30,925 bases of DNA. It comes from an uncultured bacterium (GTDB lineage Bacteria > SAR324 > NAC60-12). The notes beneath the pieces are model-generated. The model had not been told where the DNA came from. It worked only from the letters and a program-made list of their open reading frames with translations, and made no database searches. Position 1 is the first letter of the stretch; the number at the start of each line of letters is the position of its first letter. The DNA lies in NCBI GenBank assembly GCA_965662235.1, contig CBFIGY010000034.1, positions 1 to 30,925 on the forward strand. Direction: 5' to 3'. The position numbers and the translations under genes are program-made. Positions 1 to 9,482 of this stretch are shown in pieces.

Positions 1-1340
1 AGCGAATTTTGGACGTCATCCGGAACCTAGAAAGCAGTGCGGTTCCGTTGCGTCCTTTGGTGGCTTGGGACGAAGAAAGCCTGCTCCGGCAGGCGCTTGA
101 AGCAACACAACGCTGGGAGGCTGGAACGCCTCTGAGCCTGTGGGATGGTGTTCCGGTGGCGGTGAAGGACGAGTTTCACCTCAACGGTTTTCCCACACAG
201 GTCGGAACCCGGCTGTTTGAAGAGGTGCTGCGACGCGACACTCCGGTGGTGGGAAAGCTCCGCAAGGCTGGAGCGCTGGTGATTGGCAAAGCGCACATGC
301 AGGAGCTGGGATTGGGGGTCAACGGTTTCTCATCGGCATCAGGCATTCCCCGGAATCCCTACAACCCCGAGTGCTTTCCCGGAGGCTCCTCTGGAGGCTC
401 TGCCGTTGCGGTTTCAGCAGGGCTGTGCCCGGTGGCCTTGGCTGCTGACGCAGGGGGCTCCATTCGGGTTCCCGCGAGCCTCTGTGGCGTTGTCGGCCTG
501 AAGCCCACTTGGGGACGCGTGAGCACTCTGGGCAAATTCGACCTAGGGTGGACGCTTGGGCACGTGGGGCCTATGGGCGCTTCGGTTGCTGATACGGCAC
601 TGGCGTATGCGCTGCTTGGAGGTGCGTCTGCAGACGATCCCTGGACGCAGCAGCAGCCTCCATTGACGCTGCCGGATCCGGAGCACCTGCTTCCGCGACC
701 ACTGAAAGTCGGGGTCTTCACTCCTTGGTTTGAGGGCGCTCATGCAGATGTTCTGGACCCGTGCCGGCGAGCTGTGCAGCAGCTTGAAGAGCTGGGGGCG
801 GAACGTCGGGAGGTCCGCATCTCTTCACTTGACAGCATCCGGGCGGCGCTGCTGGTGACCCTGCTGTCGGAGTGCACGGCACTGGCCCGTCCGTACCGCA
901 AACGCTGGAAGGACCTGAGTCCGGAGGTTCAGCTGAACCTGCACCTGACCCGCTGGTTGCGGTCAGAGGACTACCTGCAGGCCCAGCGGGTGCGTACGGC
1001 GTTGCTGGAGGAACTCCGGGACCTGTTTCAGGAGGTGGACCTGCTGGTCACGCCTTCCACGGCCATCACGGCTCCGAAGATTCGGGAAGACGTCCAGGAG
1101 TCCGGGGAATCGGACCTCAGCACCACCGCACAGCTGATTCAGTTTGTTCCTCCTGCCAGCCTGAGTGGCTATCCGGCGCTCTCATTACCGGTCGGGTACA
1201 CCCCCGGAGGCATGCCTGTGGGGCTGCAGCTGATGGCAGCACCATGGCGGGAAGACCTGCTGCTCGGCGTGGGCATGGCGCTCGAAGCCCGGATTCCGAA
1301 GCAGCCTCCGATGCTGCACTATCAGCTCCTTCCTCAGTAG
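1..1340 (+). CDS. Amidase-signature family protein, fatty acid amide hydrolase-like (5' partial)
   Basis: AVKD catalytic Lys, GGSSGGS and ADAGGSIRVPA motifs (Ser-cisSer-Lys triad), GLKPTWGRVS. The frame is open to the window edge, so the true start lies upstream. Confidence 0.9.
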   Translation, partial: RILDVIRNLESSAVPLRPLVAWDEESLLRQALEATQRWEAGTPLSLWDGVPVAVKDEFHLNGFPTQVGTRLFEEVLRRDTPVVGKLRKAGALVIGKAHMQELGLGVNGFSSASGIPRNPYNPECFPGGSSGGSAVAVSAGLCPVALAADAGGSIRVPASLCGVVGLKPTWGRVSTLGKFDLGWTLGHVGPMGASVADTALAYALLGGASADDPWTQQQPPLTLPDPEHLLPRPLKVGVFTPWFEGAHADVLDPCRRAVQQLEELGAERREVRISSLDSIRAALLVTLLSECTALARPYRKRWKDLSPEVQLNLHLTRWLRSEDYLQAQRVRTALLEELRDLFQEVDLLVTPSTAITAPKIREDVQESGESDLSTTAQLIQFVPPASLSGYPALSLPVGYTPGGMPVGLQLMAAPWREDLLLGVGMALEARIPKQPPMLHYQLLPQ

Positions 1341-1849
1341 GCGAGCCCGAGCTTCTGAAGCTTCGGACGGATCACGAAGCCGCAGTACCCGGCGCCGGGG
1401 TTGCGGCGATAATACCCTTGATGGTACTCCTCAGCGGGATAGAATTCAGGGGCAGGTCCGATTTCAGTCACAATCGGATCGGCAAATGCGGCGGCGGCCT
1501 GCTGCCGGGATGCTTCGGCTTGCGCCTGCTGGTCGGGATCGTGACAGAAGATCACCGAACGGTACTGTGTGCCCACATCAGCACCCTGGCGGTTGAGGGT
1601 GGTGGGGTCGTGGCAGCGCCAGAACAGCTCCAAAAGTGCCGCGTAGGTGGTCTGTTCCGGATCAAAATGCACCTGAACCACCTCGGCGTGTCCGGTGGCT
1701 CCGGTGCAGACCTGCTCATAGGTCGGGTGGGCGGAAGCCCCGCCGGCGTATCCGGAGACCACACGCAACACTCCGGGCTGCTGCTCATACACGGCTTCTA
1801 GGCACCAGAAGCAGCCACCCCCCAAGGTGGCAATCTGTTCTTGAGACAT
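1334..1849 (-). CDS. msrA: Peptide methionine sulfoxide reductase A
   Basis: GGGCFWC active site, GHAEVV, HDPT, GTQYRS, AEEYHQ and C-terminal GYC. The ATG at 1849 follows an AGGA. The 3' end overlaps the amidase by 7 bp. Confidence 0.97.
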   Translation of the reverse strand: MSQEQIATLGGGCFWCLEAVYEQQPGVLRVVSGYAGGASAHPTYEQVCTGATGHAEVVQVHFDPEQTTYAALLELFWRCHDPTTLNRQGADVGTQYRSVIFCHDPDQQAQAEASRQQAAAAFADPIVTEIGPAPEFYPAEEYHQGYYRRNPGAGYCGFVIRPKLQKLGLAY

Positions 1850-1926
1850 GCACATTTCCTAACTTTAGAGGTTGATTCGGCATCCGCTGATCAGCCACTT
1901 GACTGGCTTTACAAACGGGACGGACT

Positions 1927-2301
1927 ATGAAAATTGTCGAAGGTTACCTCGGCTCTGACATTTTGATCGAAGGGCGCTTGTTTTCCAAGCAGGGAACACG
2001 AATTGACGGAACCTGCGTGGGGACCATCACCTGTGAGAGCAACATTGACGTGGGAGCCTCAGCGGTGGTGCGCGGCACGATTCATGGCGAAACCGTACAG
2101 GTCAGCGGGCACATTGAAGGGGAAGTGTTGGCGTCTCAACGCCTGACGGTGTTGCGGCAGGCGCAGGTCAAGGGAACCCTGGTCACCCGACCCGGAGGCC
2201 TGAGCATGGACAATGGGGGGCAGTTTGAGGGCGGATTCGTCATGAAGGACGTCCCCACCCCTCAAGAGCAGAGCCTGGAAGAGAGCGCGACCGACGCTTA
2301 A
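1927..2301 (+). CDS. Bactofilin / polymer-forming cytoskeletal protein
   Basis: Repeating beta-helix pattern (IEGRL, RIDG, VRGTI, VSGHIEGEV, VKGTL, GGQFEG); 124 aa. Confidence 0.85.
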   Translation: MKIVEGYLGSDILIEGRLFSKQGTRIDGTCVGTITCESNIDVGASAVVRGTIHGETVQVSGHIEGEVLASQRLTVLRQAQVKGTLVTRPGGLSMDNGGQFEGGFVMKDVPTPQEQSLEESATDA

Positions 2302-2945
2302 GCGGTCGTGGTCAGAGGCTTGGAAGCCGGAGGCGCCGAGGCCTCGGGTCGATTGGCGGTCGGCATCATGCCGGCCATGGGATTGGTGGCCGGAGGCGTG
2401 GGGGCGGTTGCAGGAGCACCTGCTGGATCCGCCTGCACGGTCATGGCTTCCTTGGGTCCGGAAGAAGTTGCCGGGACAGCAGCAGTACGGGTGTAGGTTC
2501 CCGCGCTGCGGTTGGCCCCCTTCATCAGCTTGGCAAACTCCTGATGCCGGAGCAGCTGCAGGACCTCTCCTCGCTTGTCCACTTCCTTCAGCCCCTTCTT
2601 GATCGTCTCCACCAACTGATCCACAAACGACTCATTCGGGTCGAGATTCAGGCGCTTGACTTCCGGAAGCTGCTTCAGAGCACTCAGGGCCCGGTCGTCT
2701 AGGGGCTTGAGTTCCTTGGTGACCGCTTTCCCAAAGCCTTCCACCAGAACGTCCGGGAGGCCGTCCTCTGTGATCATGGCTTCCATGCGCGTCAGGATCT
2801 TGAGGTACTCCGAGGTCTGGTTCGAGGTGTCTCCTGCCGCTGATGTCATCGACTCTGGAGGGGCCGAAGGGGTGCCCTTGGGCGCCAGCATCTCGGGTTT
2901 TTTCGGGCTCTCTGATGTGCCTGGGGTCTGTGTACTGATTTGCAT
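2298..2945 (-). CDS. Hypothetical protein with Pro/Ala/Thr-rich termini
   Basis: 215-aa ORF with GAGGA upstream of the ATG. It fills the gap between bactofilin and hisA. No family recognised. Confidence 0.75.
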   Translation of the reverse strand: MQISTQTPGTSESPKKPEMLAPKGTPSAPPESMTSAAGDTSNQTSEYLKILTRMEAMITEDGLPDVLVEGFGKAVTKELKPLDDRALSALKQLPEVKRLNLDPNESFVDQLVETIKKGLKEVDKRGEVLQLLRHQEFAKLMKGANRSAGTYTRTAAVPATSSGPKEAMTVQADPAGAPATAPTPPATNPMAGMMPTANRPEASAPPASKPLTTTA

Positions 2946-3011
2946 GGTTCCTCGATAATTTTAGGTACGCTTCCCGAGGAAATTCAAGGAATGGGCCACG
3001 GGCTTTCCAGC

Positions 3012-3040
3012 TTGAACACGGGGGGCGGACTCGGAATAAT
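3012..3040 (+). promoter_or_regulatory. Putative sigma70 promoter for hisA-hisF-trpF
   Basis: TTGAAC-N17-AATAAT upstream of hisA. Confidence 0.45.
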
Positions 3041-3082
3041 GACGACCAACCCTTGACCATCACCTTTTTTCTAGGCCCACAC

Positions 3083-3802
3083 GTGTTGATTCTCCCTGCA
3101 ATTGATCTGAAACAAGGGCGGTGCGTCCGCCTGCTCCAAGGCGCAGCCTCAGCTGAGACCGTTTACTCTGATGACCCGGTTGCCATGGCCCAGAAGTTTG
3201 AAGCCGAAGGGGCTCAACGCCTCCATGTGGTGGACCTAGATGGCGCCTTTCAGGGGGCCGGTGCGAACCAAACCTCGATTGCGGCCATTGTGGAGGCGCT
3301 CTCCATTCCGGTGCAGGTCGGCGGCGGCATCCGGACCCGTGAGGACGTCGCACGGGTTCTGGACCTTGGAGCCACTGCAGCCATCGTCGGAACCATGGCG
3401 GTGAAGCGTCCGGAGGACCTCGAAGCCGCGTTGCAGGAGTTTGGCGGCGACCGGGTGATCCTGGGGGTCGATTCCCGGAACCGGCAGGTTGCTGTGGAAG
3501 GCTGGCAGGAAGGAACCGAGCTCGAAGATGTGCAATTTGCCCAGCACTGGAAGGCTCGGGGCGCCACACGGGTCATCTTTACCGACATTGCCCGAGACGG
3601 CATGCTGACGGGCCCAAACCTGGAGGCACTGCAGGACATGGCGGAGCGCTCTGGGCTTAGGGTTACCGCCTCCGGAGGCGTCTCTTCGCTGGAAGACCTC
3701 CGGCAGCTGAAAACACTGGAAGCCTCTGGTGTGGACCATGTGATTGTCGGCAAAGCCATTTACGAAGGCCGGTTCGGAGTCGCGGAGGCACTCGCATGCT
3801 AG
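3083..3802 (+). CDS. hisA: ProFAR isomerase HisA
   Basis: [54 protein letters not shown]. The GTG at 3083 (or TTG at 3086) fits the family N-terminus better than 3053. Confidence 0.96.
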   Translation: MLILPAIDLKQGRCVRLLQGAASAETVYSDDPVAMAQKFEAEGAQRLHVVDLDGAFQGAGANQTSIAAIVEALSIPVQVGGGIRTREDVARVLDLGATAAIVGTMAVKRPEDLEAALQEFGGDRVILGVDSRNRQVAVEGWQEGTELEDVQFAQHWKARGATRVIFTDIARDGMLTGPNLEALQDMAERSGLRVTASGGVSSLEDLRQLKTLEASGVDHVIVGKAIYEGRFGVAEALAC

Positions 3803-4578
3803 CCCGACGCATCATCCCTTGCCTCGATATCAAGGACGGACGTGTGGTCAAGGGCACCAGCTTTGTGGGACTGCGGGATGCCGGAGATCCGGTGGAGTTG
3901 GCTCAGCGCTACAACGAACAGTCCGCAGATGAGCTGGTCTTCCTCGACATTGCGGCCACTCACGAAAACCGTGGCACCACCCTCGACCTGGCGGCTCGCC
4001 TGGCCCGGGAGCTCTTCATCCCCTTCACCATCGGTGGCGGCATTTCGACGCTGGACCAGATCCATGCCCTCGTCAGCGCTGGAGCCGATAAGGTGTCGGT
4101 GAACTCTTCGGCGCTCAAGAATCCTTCTCTCATTACCGAAGGCGCCAAACGGTTTGGCAGCCAGTGCATTGTGGTGGCCATTGACGCTAAACGCGTTTCA
4201 GAGGACCCTCTGCGTTGGGAGATCTTTACCCACGGCGGGCGACGTTCCACCGGACGAGATGCGCTGGAGTGGGCCAAGGAGGCCTTTGACCGTGGCGCCG
4301 GAGAGCTCCTGCTGACCAGCATGGACGCCGACGGACATCAGGATGGTTTTGACAACACGCTCAACGCGGCAGTGAGCGACCTGGTAGGCATTCCGGTGAT
4401 TGCCTCGGGCGGTGGCGGAACCCTGGAACACTTCCGGGATGCCCTGACGGTGGGGAAGGCGGACGCGGTTCTGGCAGCATCGGTCTTCCACTATGGCAAG
4501 TACACCGTCTCGCAGGTGAAGGAGTTCTTGGCAGCAGAAGGCCTTCCAGTACGTCCTCCGGAGGAGCTGCAGCCATGA
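3796..4578 (+). CDS. hisF: Imidazole glycerol phosphate synthase cyclase subunit
   Basis: [50 protein letters not shown]. Confidence 0.98.
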   Translation: MLARRIIPCLDIKDGRVVKGTSFVGLRDAGDPVELAQRYNEQSADELVFLDIAATHENRGTTLDLAARLARELFIPFTIGGGISTLDQIHALVSAGADKVSVNSSALKNPSLITEGAKRFGSQCIVVAIDAKRVSEDPLRWEIFTHGGRRSTGRDALEWAKEAFDRGAGELLLTSMDADGHQDGFDNTLNAAVSDLVGIPVIASGGGGTLEHFRDALTVGKADAVLAASVFHYGKYTVSQVKEFLAAEGLPVRPPEELQP

Positions 4579-5198
4579 AGATCAAAATCTGTGGACTGAC
4601 CTCTCCGCAGCAGGCGTTGGCCTGCGCGCAGCTGGGGGCCGATTGGCTGGGACTGAACTGCTGGCCGGGCTCCAAACGCTACATCCCGCTGGAAACGGTC
4701 CGAGGCATCACCGCAGCGCTTCCAGAATCGGTGGTGACGGTGGGGGTCTTTGTCAATGCCTCTGCTGCTGAAATTGAGGACACGGTTCAGCAAGGGGGGC
4801 TGCACTGGGCGCAGTTGCACGGTGACGAAACTCCGGAATTTGCGCAGGGACTGCAGGTGCCGTGGTTCCGGGCCTTCCGAGTGGGGCCGCAGTTTCAGGA
4901 AAGCGAGTTGGCGGCGTTTGCGCCCGAGCCCTTTTTGCTCGATGCCTGGCATCCAGGGGAATACGGAGGGACCGGTGTGCAGACGGACCTAGAAGTTGCC
5001 CAACGCTGTGCGGCCTCGGCAAACATCCTGCTGGCAGGGGGACTGACCCCGGAAAACGTCGGCGCTGCGATTGAGGCGGTGCGTCCGTGGGGCGTGGATG
5101 TGGCAAGTGGCGTGGAGTCGGCGCCGGGGGTGAAGGACCTTGCGAAGGTCAAAGCCTTTGTGGATGAAGCCCGAGCCGCAGCGGCCCGGGTGGAGTGA
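4575..5198 (+). CDS. trpF: Phosphoribosylanthranilate isomerase
   Basis: [18 protein letters not shown]...[34 protein letters not shown] overlap with the hisF stop. Confidence 0.96.
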   Translation: MKIKICGLTSPQQALACAQLGADWLGLNCWPGSKRYIPLETVRGITAALPESVVTVGVFVNASAAEIEDTVQQGGLHWAQLHGDETPEFAQGLQVPWFRAFRVGPQFQESELAAFAPEPFLLDAWHPGEYGGTGVQTDLEVAQRCAASANILLAGGLTPENVGAAIEAVRPWGVDVASGVESAPGVKDLAKVKAFVDEARAAAARVE

Positions 5199-5204
5199 GG
5201 CGGG

Positions 5205-5224
5205 GCGGCGACTGAAGCCGCCGC
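5205..5224. terminator. Hairpin between convergent trpF and leuB
   Basis: GCGGCG-N8-CGCCGC in the short convergent gap; no clear U-tract. Confidence 0.45.
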
Positions 5225-5231
5225 TGTGTGC

Positions 5232-6311
5232 TTAGAGTGCGTCGATGGCCTGGAGCACCTGCTCGCCCATGGCCTTGCAGCCCACGGCGGTTTTTCCCGG
5301 CGCCATGATGTCTCCGGTCCGGTGGGTTTCCAGCGTTTTCACCACAGCCTTCTGGATCAGCTCATCTGCAGCCGTCAGGTTGAAGGAGTAGCGGAACATC
5401 ATGCCCACGGACAAAATGGTCGCCAGGGGGTTGGCTTTGTCCTGTCCCGCAATGTCCGGAGCGCTGCCGTGGACGGGCTCATACATGCCGATGGTGCCTC
5501 CGATGCTGGCCGAGGGAAGCATGCCGATGGAACCGGTCATCATGGCAGCCGCATCACTGAGGATGTCCCCGAACATATTGGTGGTGACAATCGTGTCAAA
5601 CTGCTTCGGAGCCCGGATGAGCTGCATGGCGGCATTGTCCACGTACATGTGGTTCAGCTCCACGTCCGGATAGTCCTTCGACACCTCCACGACCACATCG
5701 CGCCAGAGTTCCGTGGCTTCCAAGACGTTTGCCTTGTCCACTGAGGTCAGACGCTTGTTGCGCTTCATGGCGATCTCAAAGCCCATCTGAGCAATCCGCC
5801 GAATTTCCGACTCTGAGTACACCAGCGTGTTGCGTCCCACGCGCTCGCCGTTTTCTTCAGCCACTCCACGGGGCTGCCCAAAGTAAATCCCGCCTGTCAA
5901 CTCCCGGATCACCATGATGTCAGCGCCTTCCACCACGTCCCGCTTCAGGGTGGATGCGTCCACGAGGTCACCGTAGATCACGGCAGGACGGAGGTTGGCA
6001 AACAGCTGCAGTTCCGAACGCAGCTTCAGCAGCCCGCGCTCCGGACGTACCGAGAAGTCCAGCGGCTCCCACTTGGGGCCTCCCACGGCTCCGAGAAGAA
6101 CCGCATCTGCGGCCTTGCAGGCGTCCAGTGTCTCATCCGGAATCGGGGTGCCGGTTTGGTCGTAAGCGGTTCCGCCCACCGGGTGCTCACTCAGTTCCAG
6201 CTCGAGGTCAAAGCGAGCGGCGACGGCCTTCATGACCTGGATTGCCTGTTCAGTGACTTCTTGTCCAATGCCGTCACCAGGAGTGACCGCGATCTTCTTC
6301 TTGGTTGCCAT
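5232..6311 (-). CDS. leuB: 3-isopropylmalate dehydrogenase
   Basis: [58 protein letters not shown]. Start placed at MATKKKI. Confidence 0.97.
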   Translation of the reverse strand: MATKKKIAVTPGDGIGQEVTEQAIQVMKAVAARFDLELELSEHPVGGTAYDQTGTPIPDETLDACKAADAVLLGAVGGPKWEPLDFSVRPERGLLKLRSELQLFANLRPAVIYGDLVDASTLKRDVVEGADIMVIRELTGGIYFGQPRGVAEENGERVGRNTLVYSESEIRRIAQMGFEIAMKRNKRLTSVDKANVLEATELWRDVVVEVSKDYPDVELNHMYVDNAAMQLIRAPKQFDTIVTTNMFGDILSDAAAMMTGSIGMLPSASIGGTIGMYEPVHGSAPDIAGQDKANPLATILSVGMMFRYSFNLTAADELIQKAVVKTLETHRTGDIMAPGKTAVGCKAMGEQVLQAIDAL

Positions 6312-6388
6312 TCGTCTGCCTTGGTTCAGTAAAATCAGGTGGGTGGGGGAGAGCTCCCCGGGTGGCGGAAAATCCGTGCAAACCAATC

Positions 6389-6417
6389 AGTTTAAGGGGA
6401 GTTCGGAACGCAGGCAA
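6389..6417 (-). promoter_or_regulatory. Putative sigma70 promoter for leuB
   Basis: TTGCCT-N17-TAAACT on the minus strand. Confidence 0.45.
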
Positions 6418-6434
6418 GCCAAACTGCGGGAAGC

Positions 6435-7079
6435 TCAGGCGCGGATGAAGGAGTTGAAGCGCATCTCGCGTCCGATGCTGGTGGGGTCACCGTGTCCGGT
6501 GATGACCTGAGTGGCCTCGTCGAGGGTGTAGAGGCGTTCACGGATGGAGCGCTCAATGGTCGAGTAGTCTCCGCCCCACAGGTCGGTCCGGCCAATGGAG
6601 CCCTGAAAGAGGGTGTCTCCGGCAACCAGCAGTTGCTCGCTTTCAAAGTGGAAGCACATGGAGCCGGGGGTGTGTCCGGGAGTGTGAAGAGCGACACCGC
6701 GTCCGTTTGGCAGAGCGACCTCTTCTTCGTGCTCCAGCTCATGATCTGGGGCCGGAACCGGCTCATAGGGAATCCCGAAGTACCGGCACTGGTCTTCCAG
6801 GTGGTCCCACAGCATCCGGTCTTCCGGGTGCAGCGACAGGGTGGCGCCAGTGGCTTCCTTCATCTTTCCAGACGCCATGAAGTGGTCTAGGTGCGCGTGG
6901 GTGTGGAGGATGTGGACCACTTCCAGGTTGTGCTTCCGGAGGCGCTCCAGGATCAGATCGGCATCGCCTCCAGGGTCAATGACAATGGCTTTGCGCGTCA
7001 CCGGATCCCCGAGGAGGGTGCAGTTGCACTGCAGTGGGCCAACCGGAAAGGTCTCAGCAATCATGCGGGGAGCGTCCAT
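6435..7079 (-). CDS. MBL-fold metallo-hydrolase (glyoxalase II / YcbL-like)
   Basis: THAHLDH metal motif, HTPGHTPGS, GDTLF.GSIGRTD, GHG, IGRE. The ATG directly follows the topA stop (TGAATG). Confidence 0.92.
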   Translation of the reverse strand: MDAPRMIAETFPVGPLQCNCTLLGDPVTRKAIVIDPGGDADLILERLRKHNLEVVHILHTHAHLDHFMASGKMKEATGATLSLHPEDRMLWDHLEDQCRYFGIPYEPVPAPDHELEHEEEVALPNGRGVALHTPGHTPGSMCFHFESEQLLVAGDTLFQGSIGRTDLWGGDYSTIERSIRERLYTLDEATQVITGHGDPTSIGREMRFNSFIRA

Positions 7080-9419
7080 TCAGTCCTCAGCCTTGGCTCG
7101 TTTGCGGGTAAAGCGCTTCTTGGTTCCCGGAGGAGGAGCCTCTTCAATGATCTTCCGGCAGGCCGGTTCATCCAACGAGGGCGCATCCACGTCCTTGGGG
7201 ATCTTGTAGTTGCGCTTGTTGTACTTGATGTACGGACCATACGGGCCATTGAGGACCTGAATTTCACCGAAGTCGTGGATGGTCTTCTTGGCCTTGGCCT
7301 CCTCTCCTTCCTTGATGATCTCCAGCGCCCGTTCCAGGTCTACCGAAAAAGGATCCTCGCCCTTGGGCAGAGAGTGGTAAGCACTGCCGACCTTGACGTA
7401 GGGACCAAAGCGTCCGCGGCCCACCGAAATGGGCTGACCTTCCGGATTTTCCCCAAGGTCCCGGGGCAGCGCGAAGCACCCGAGCGCATCCTCAAGCGAA
7501 AGCTCATGCATGCTTCGACCTTCCGGAATGGAGGCAAATTTGGGCTTCTCCTCATCGTCCTTGGTGCCAATCTGCACCATGGGGCCAAAGCGTCCAATGC
7601 GGACGCTGACCTCGCGTCCCGATTTTGGATCAACGCCGAGCACTCGGGCCTGAATGGCTTCGGCGCGGGTGACGGATTTTTCCTTTTCATCAATCCGCTG
7701 GTGGAAGGGAAAGTAGAACCCGCCCATGGTGGCCACCCAGTCTTCTTCCCCGTTGGCGATGCGGTCGAAGTTCCGCTCCATCTTGGCGGTGAAGCCGGGA
7801 TTGACGATCTCGGCAAAGTGGTGGGTGAGGAAGTCGTTGACGACCTCGCCGATGTCCGTGGGCTTGAGCCGTCCTTCCGGCGTCTTTTCCACATACTTGC
7901 GGTCCTGAATGACCGAGATGGTGGGGGCATAAGTGGAGGGGCGACCGATGCCTTCTGCCTCAAGTTTCTTCACCAGCGTGGCCTCTGTGTAGCGTGCTGG
8001 CGGTTTGGTGAAGTGCTGCTCCTTGGTGGGGTTCGTCTGAGGCGTCCCATCTTCTCGAGGCTCCGGAGGAGGAGGCTGGAGCGTGAGAGCCTGCCCTTCC
8101 TGCAACGGAGGCAGAAGGACGTCCTTCTCACCCAGCACCTGGCTTGGATCTTCTTGGGGCTTGAGGTAGGCGCTCAGGAATCCGGGGAAGAGGATGCGCT
8201 GTCCCTTGGCCTCAAGCAGGCACTCCTGTTCGGCTCCTGCAGCAATCCGGACGGTGCTGCGGGCGAAACGCGCAGCGGCCATCTGGCAGGCCACAGCCCG
8301 GCGCCAGATCAGCTCATAGAGGCGGAAGAGGTCCCGGCTGAGGTGCGCCTGAACAATTTCCGGAGTGTAGGAAACATCCACGGGCCGGATGGCTTCGTGA
8401 GCCTCCTGTGCGTTTTTGGAGCGGTTCTTAAAACGCCGGGGCTCCTTGGCAACGTGATCTGTGCCAAAGCGCTTTCCAATGACCTCCCGGATCTGCGTCA
8501 CAGCCTCTTCAGCGAGGGTGACGGAGTCGGTCCGCATGTAGGTGATGAGGCCGCCGCTGTAGTCTGGAATCTCAAAATTCCCCTCATAAAGCTGCTGGGC
8601 TAGGGTCATGGTCCGTTTGACGGAGTAGCTCAGCTTGTTGGACGCTTCTTGCTGAAGGGTGGAGGTGGTGAACGGAGCCGGCGGCTGCCGGAGGGCCTCG
8701 CGCTCATCGACGCTCTGAACCTGGAAGGAGCCCGCCTTGAGGCTCTCTTCCACCGCTGTCGCTTCTGTTTCGGAACCGATCTTGGCGGCCTTGCCGTGCA
8801 GCTTCGTCAGTTCTGCCGAGAAGCCCTCAAAGGCTGCTGAGAGCTTCCAGTATTCCTCTGGGACAAACTTGCGGATCTCCTTCTCACGGTCCGCAATGAG
8901 GCGAACGGCAACGCTCTGAACGCGTCCTGCAGAGAGGCCCGGCCGGACCTTCTTCCACAGCAGCGGAGAGAGTTCGTACCCCACAGCGCGGTCGAGCAGA
9001 CGACGCGCCTGCTGCGCGTCCACCAAGTGCCGGTCCACCTGCCGAGGGTTGTTGAGGGCCTGAAGGATGGCCGTCTTGGTGATTTCGTGGAAGACGATGC
9101 GCTTCACCCGTTCTTCCGTCAGCCCCAGCGCGTGCATGAGGTGCCAGGAGATGGACTCCCCTTCTCGGTCTTCATCAGTCGCGAGGTAAACCAGGGTGTC
9201 CTTCTTCAGGTGCTTACGGATGTCCTTGATGACCTTTTCCTTGTCCTTGGAAACTTCATAGTCCGGGATGAAACCCTGTTCAGGGTCAAACCCGAGCTTC
9301 CGTTCCGGGAGGTCACGGACGTGTCCCATGGAGGCGACCACGGCGTAGTCGTCTCCGAGGAACTTGCTAATGGTCCGGGCTTTGGCCGGCGATTCAACGA
9401 TGATCAGCGAGCTTGGCAT
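7080..9419 (-). CDS. topA: DNA topoisomerase I (type IA) with Topo_C repeats and no Zn ribbons
   Basis: LIIVESPAKA, GHVRDL, ATDEDREGE (TOPRIM), SAGRVQS, ITYMRTDS (catalytic Tyr), AHEAIRP, GIGRPSTY. Three GRFGP/GPYGP repeats at the C-terminus. Confidence 0.97.
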   Translation of the reverse strand: MPSSLIIVESPAKARTISKFLGDDYAVVASMGHVRDLPERKLGFDPEQGFIPDYEVSKDKEKVIKDIRKHLKKDTLVYLATDEDREGESISWHLMHALGLTEERVKRIVFHEITKTAILQALNNPRQVDRHLVDAQQARRLLDRAVGYELSPLLWKKVRPGLSAGRVQSVAVRLIADREKEIRKFVPEEYWKLSAAFEGFSAELTKLHGKAAKIGSETEATAVEESLKAGSFQVQSVDEREALRQPPAPFTTSTLQQEASNKLSYSVKRTMTLAQQLYEGNFEIPDYSGGLITYMRTDSVTLAEEAVTQIREVIGKRFGTDHVAKEPRRFKNRSKNAQEAHEAIRPVDVSYTPEIVQAHLSRDLFRLYELIWRRAVACQMAAARFARSTVRIAAGAEQECLLEAKGQRILFPGFLSAYLKPQEDPSQVLGEKDVLLPPLQEGQALTLQPPPPEPREDGTPQTNPTKEQHFTKPPARYTEATLVKKLEAEGIGRPSTYAPTISVIQDRKYVEKTPEGRLKPTDIGEVVNDFLTHHFAEIVNPGFTAKMERNFDRIANGEEDWVATMGGFYFPFHQRIDEKEKSVTRAEAIQARVLGVDPKSGREVSVRIGRFGPMVQIGTKDDEEKPKFASIPEGRSMHELSLEDALGCFALPRDLGENPEGQPISVGRGRFGPYVKVGSAYHSLPKGEDPFSVDLERALEIIKEGEEAKAKKTIHDFGEIQVLNGPYGPYIKYNKRNYKIPKDVDAPSLDEPACRKIIEEAPPPGTKKRFTRKRAKAED

Positions 9420-9482
9420 CAAAATACTGTCACAGGTGACCTGTCTCTGGGGAACCCAGGACAGCAAAAATGAAGGGTCCGC

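Noticed and set aside
6891..8603. 570-aa plus-strand ORF
   Set aside because: Antisense shadow of topA and the MBL gene. Long stop-free reverse frames are expected with GC-rich codon usage, and it has no motifs.
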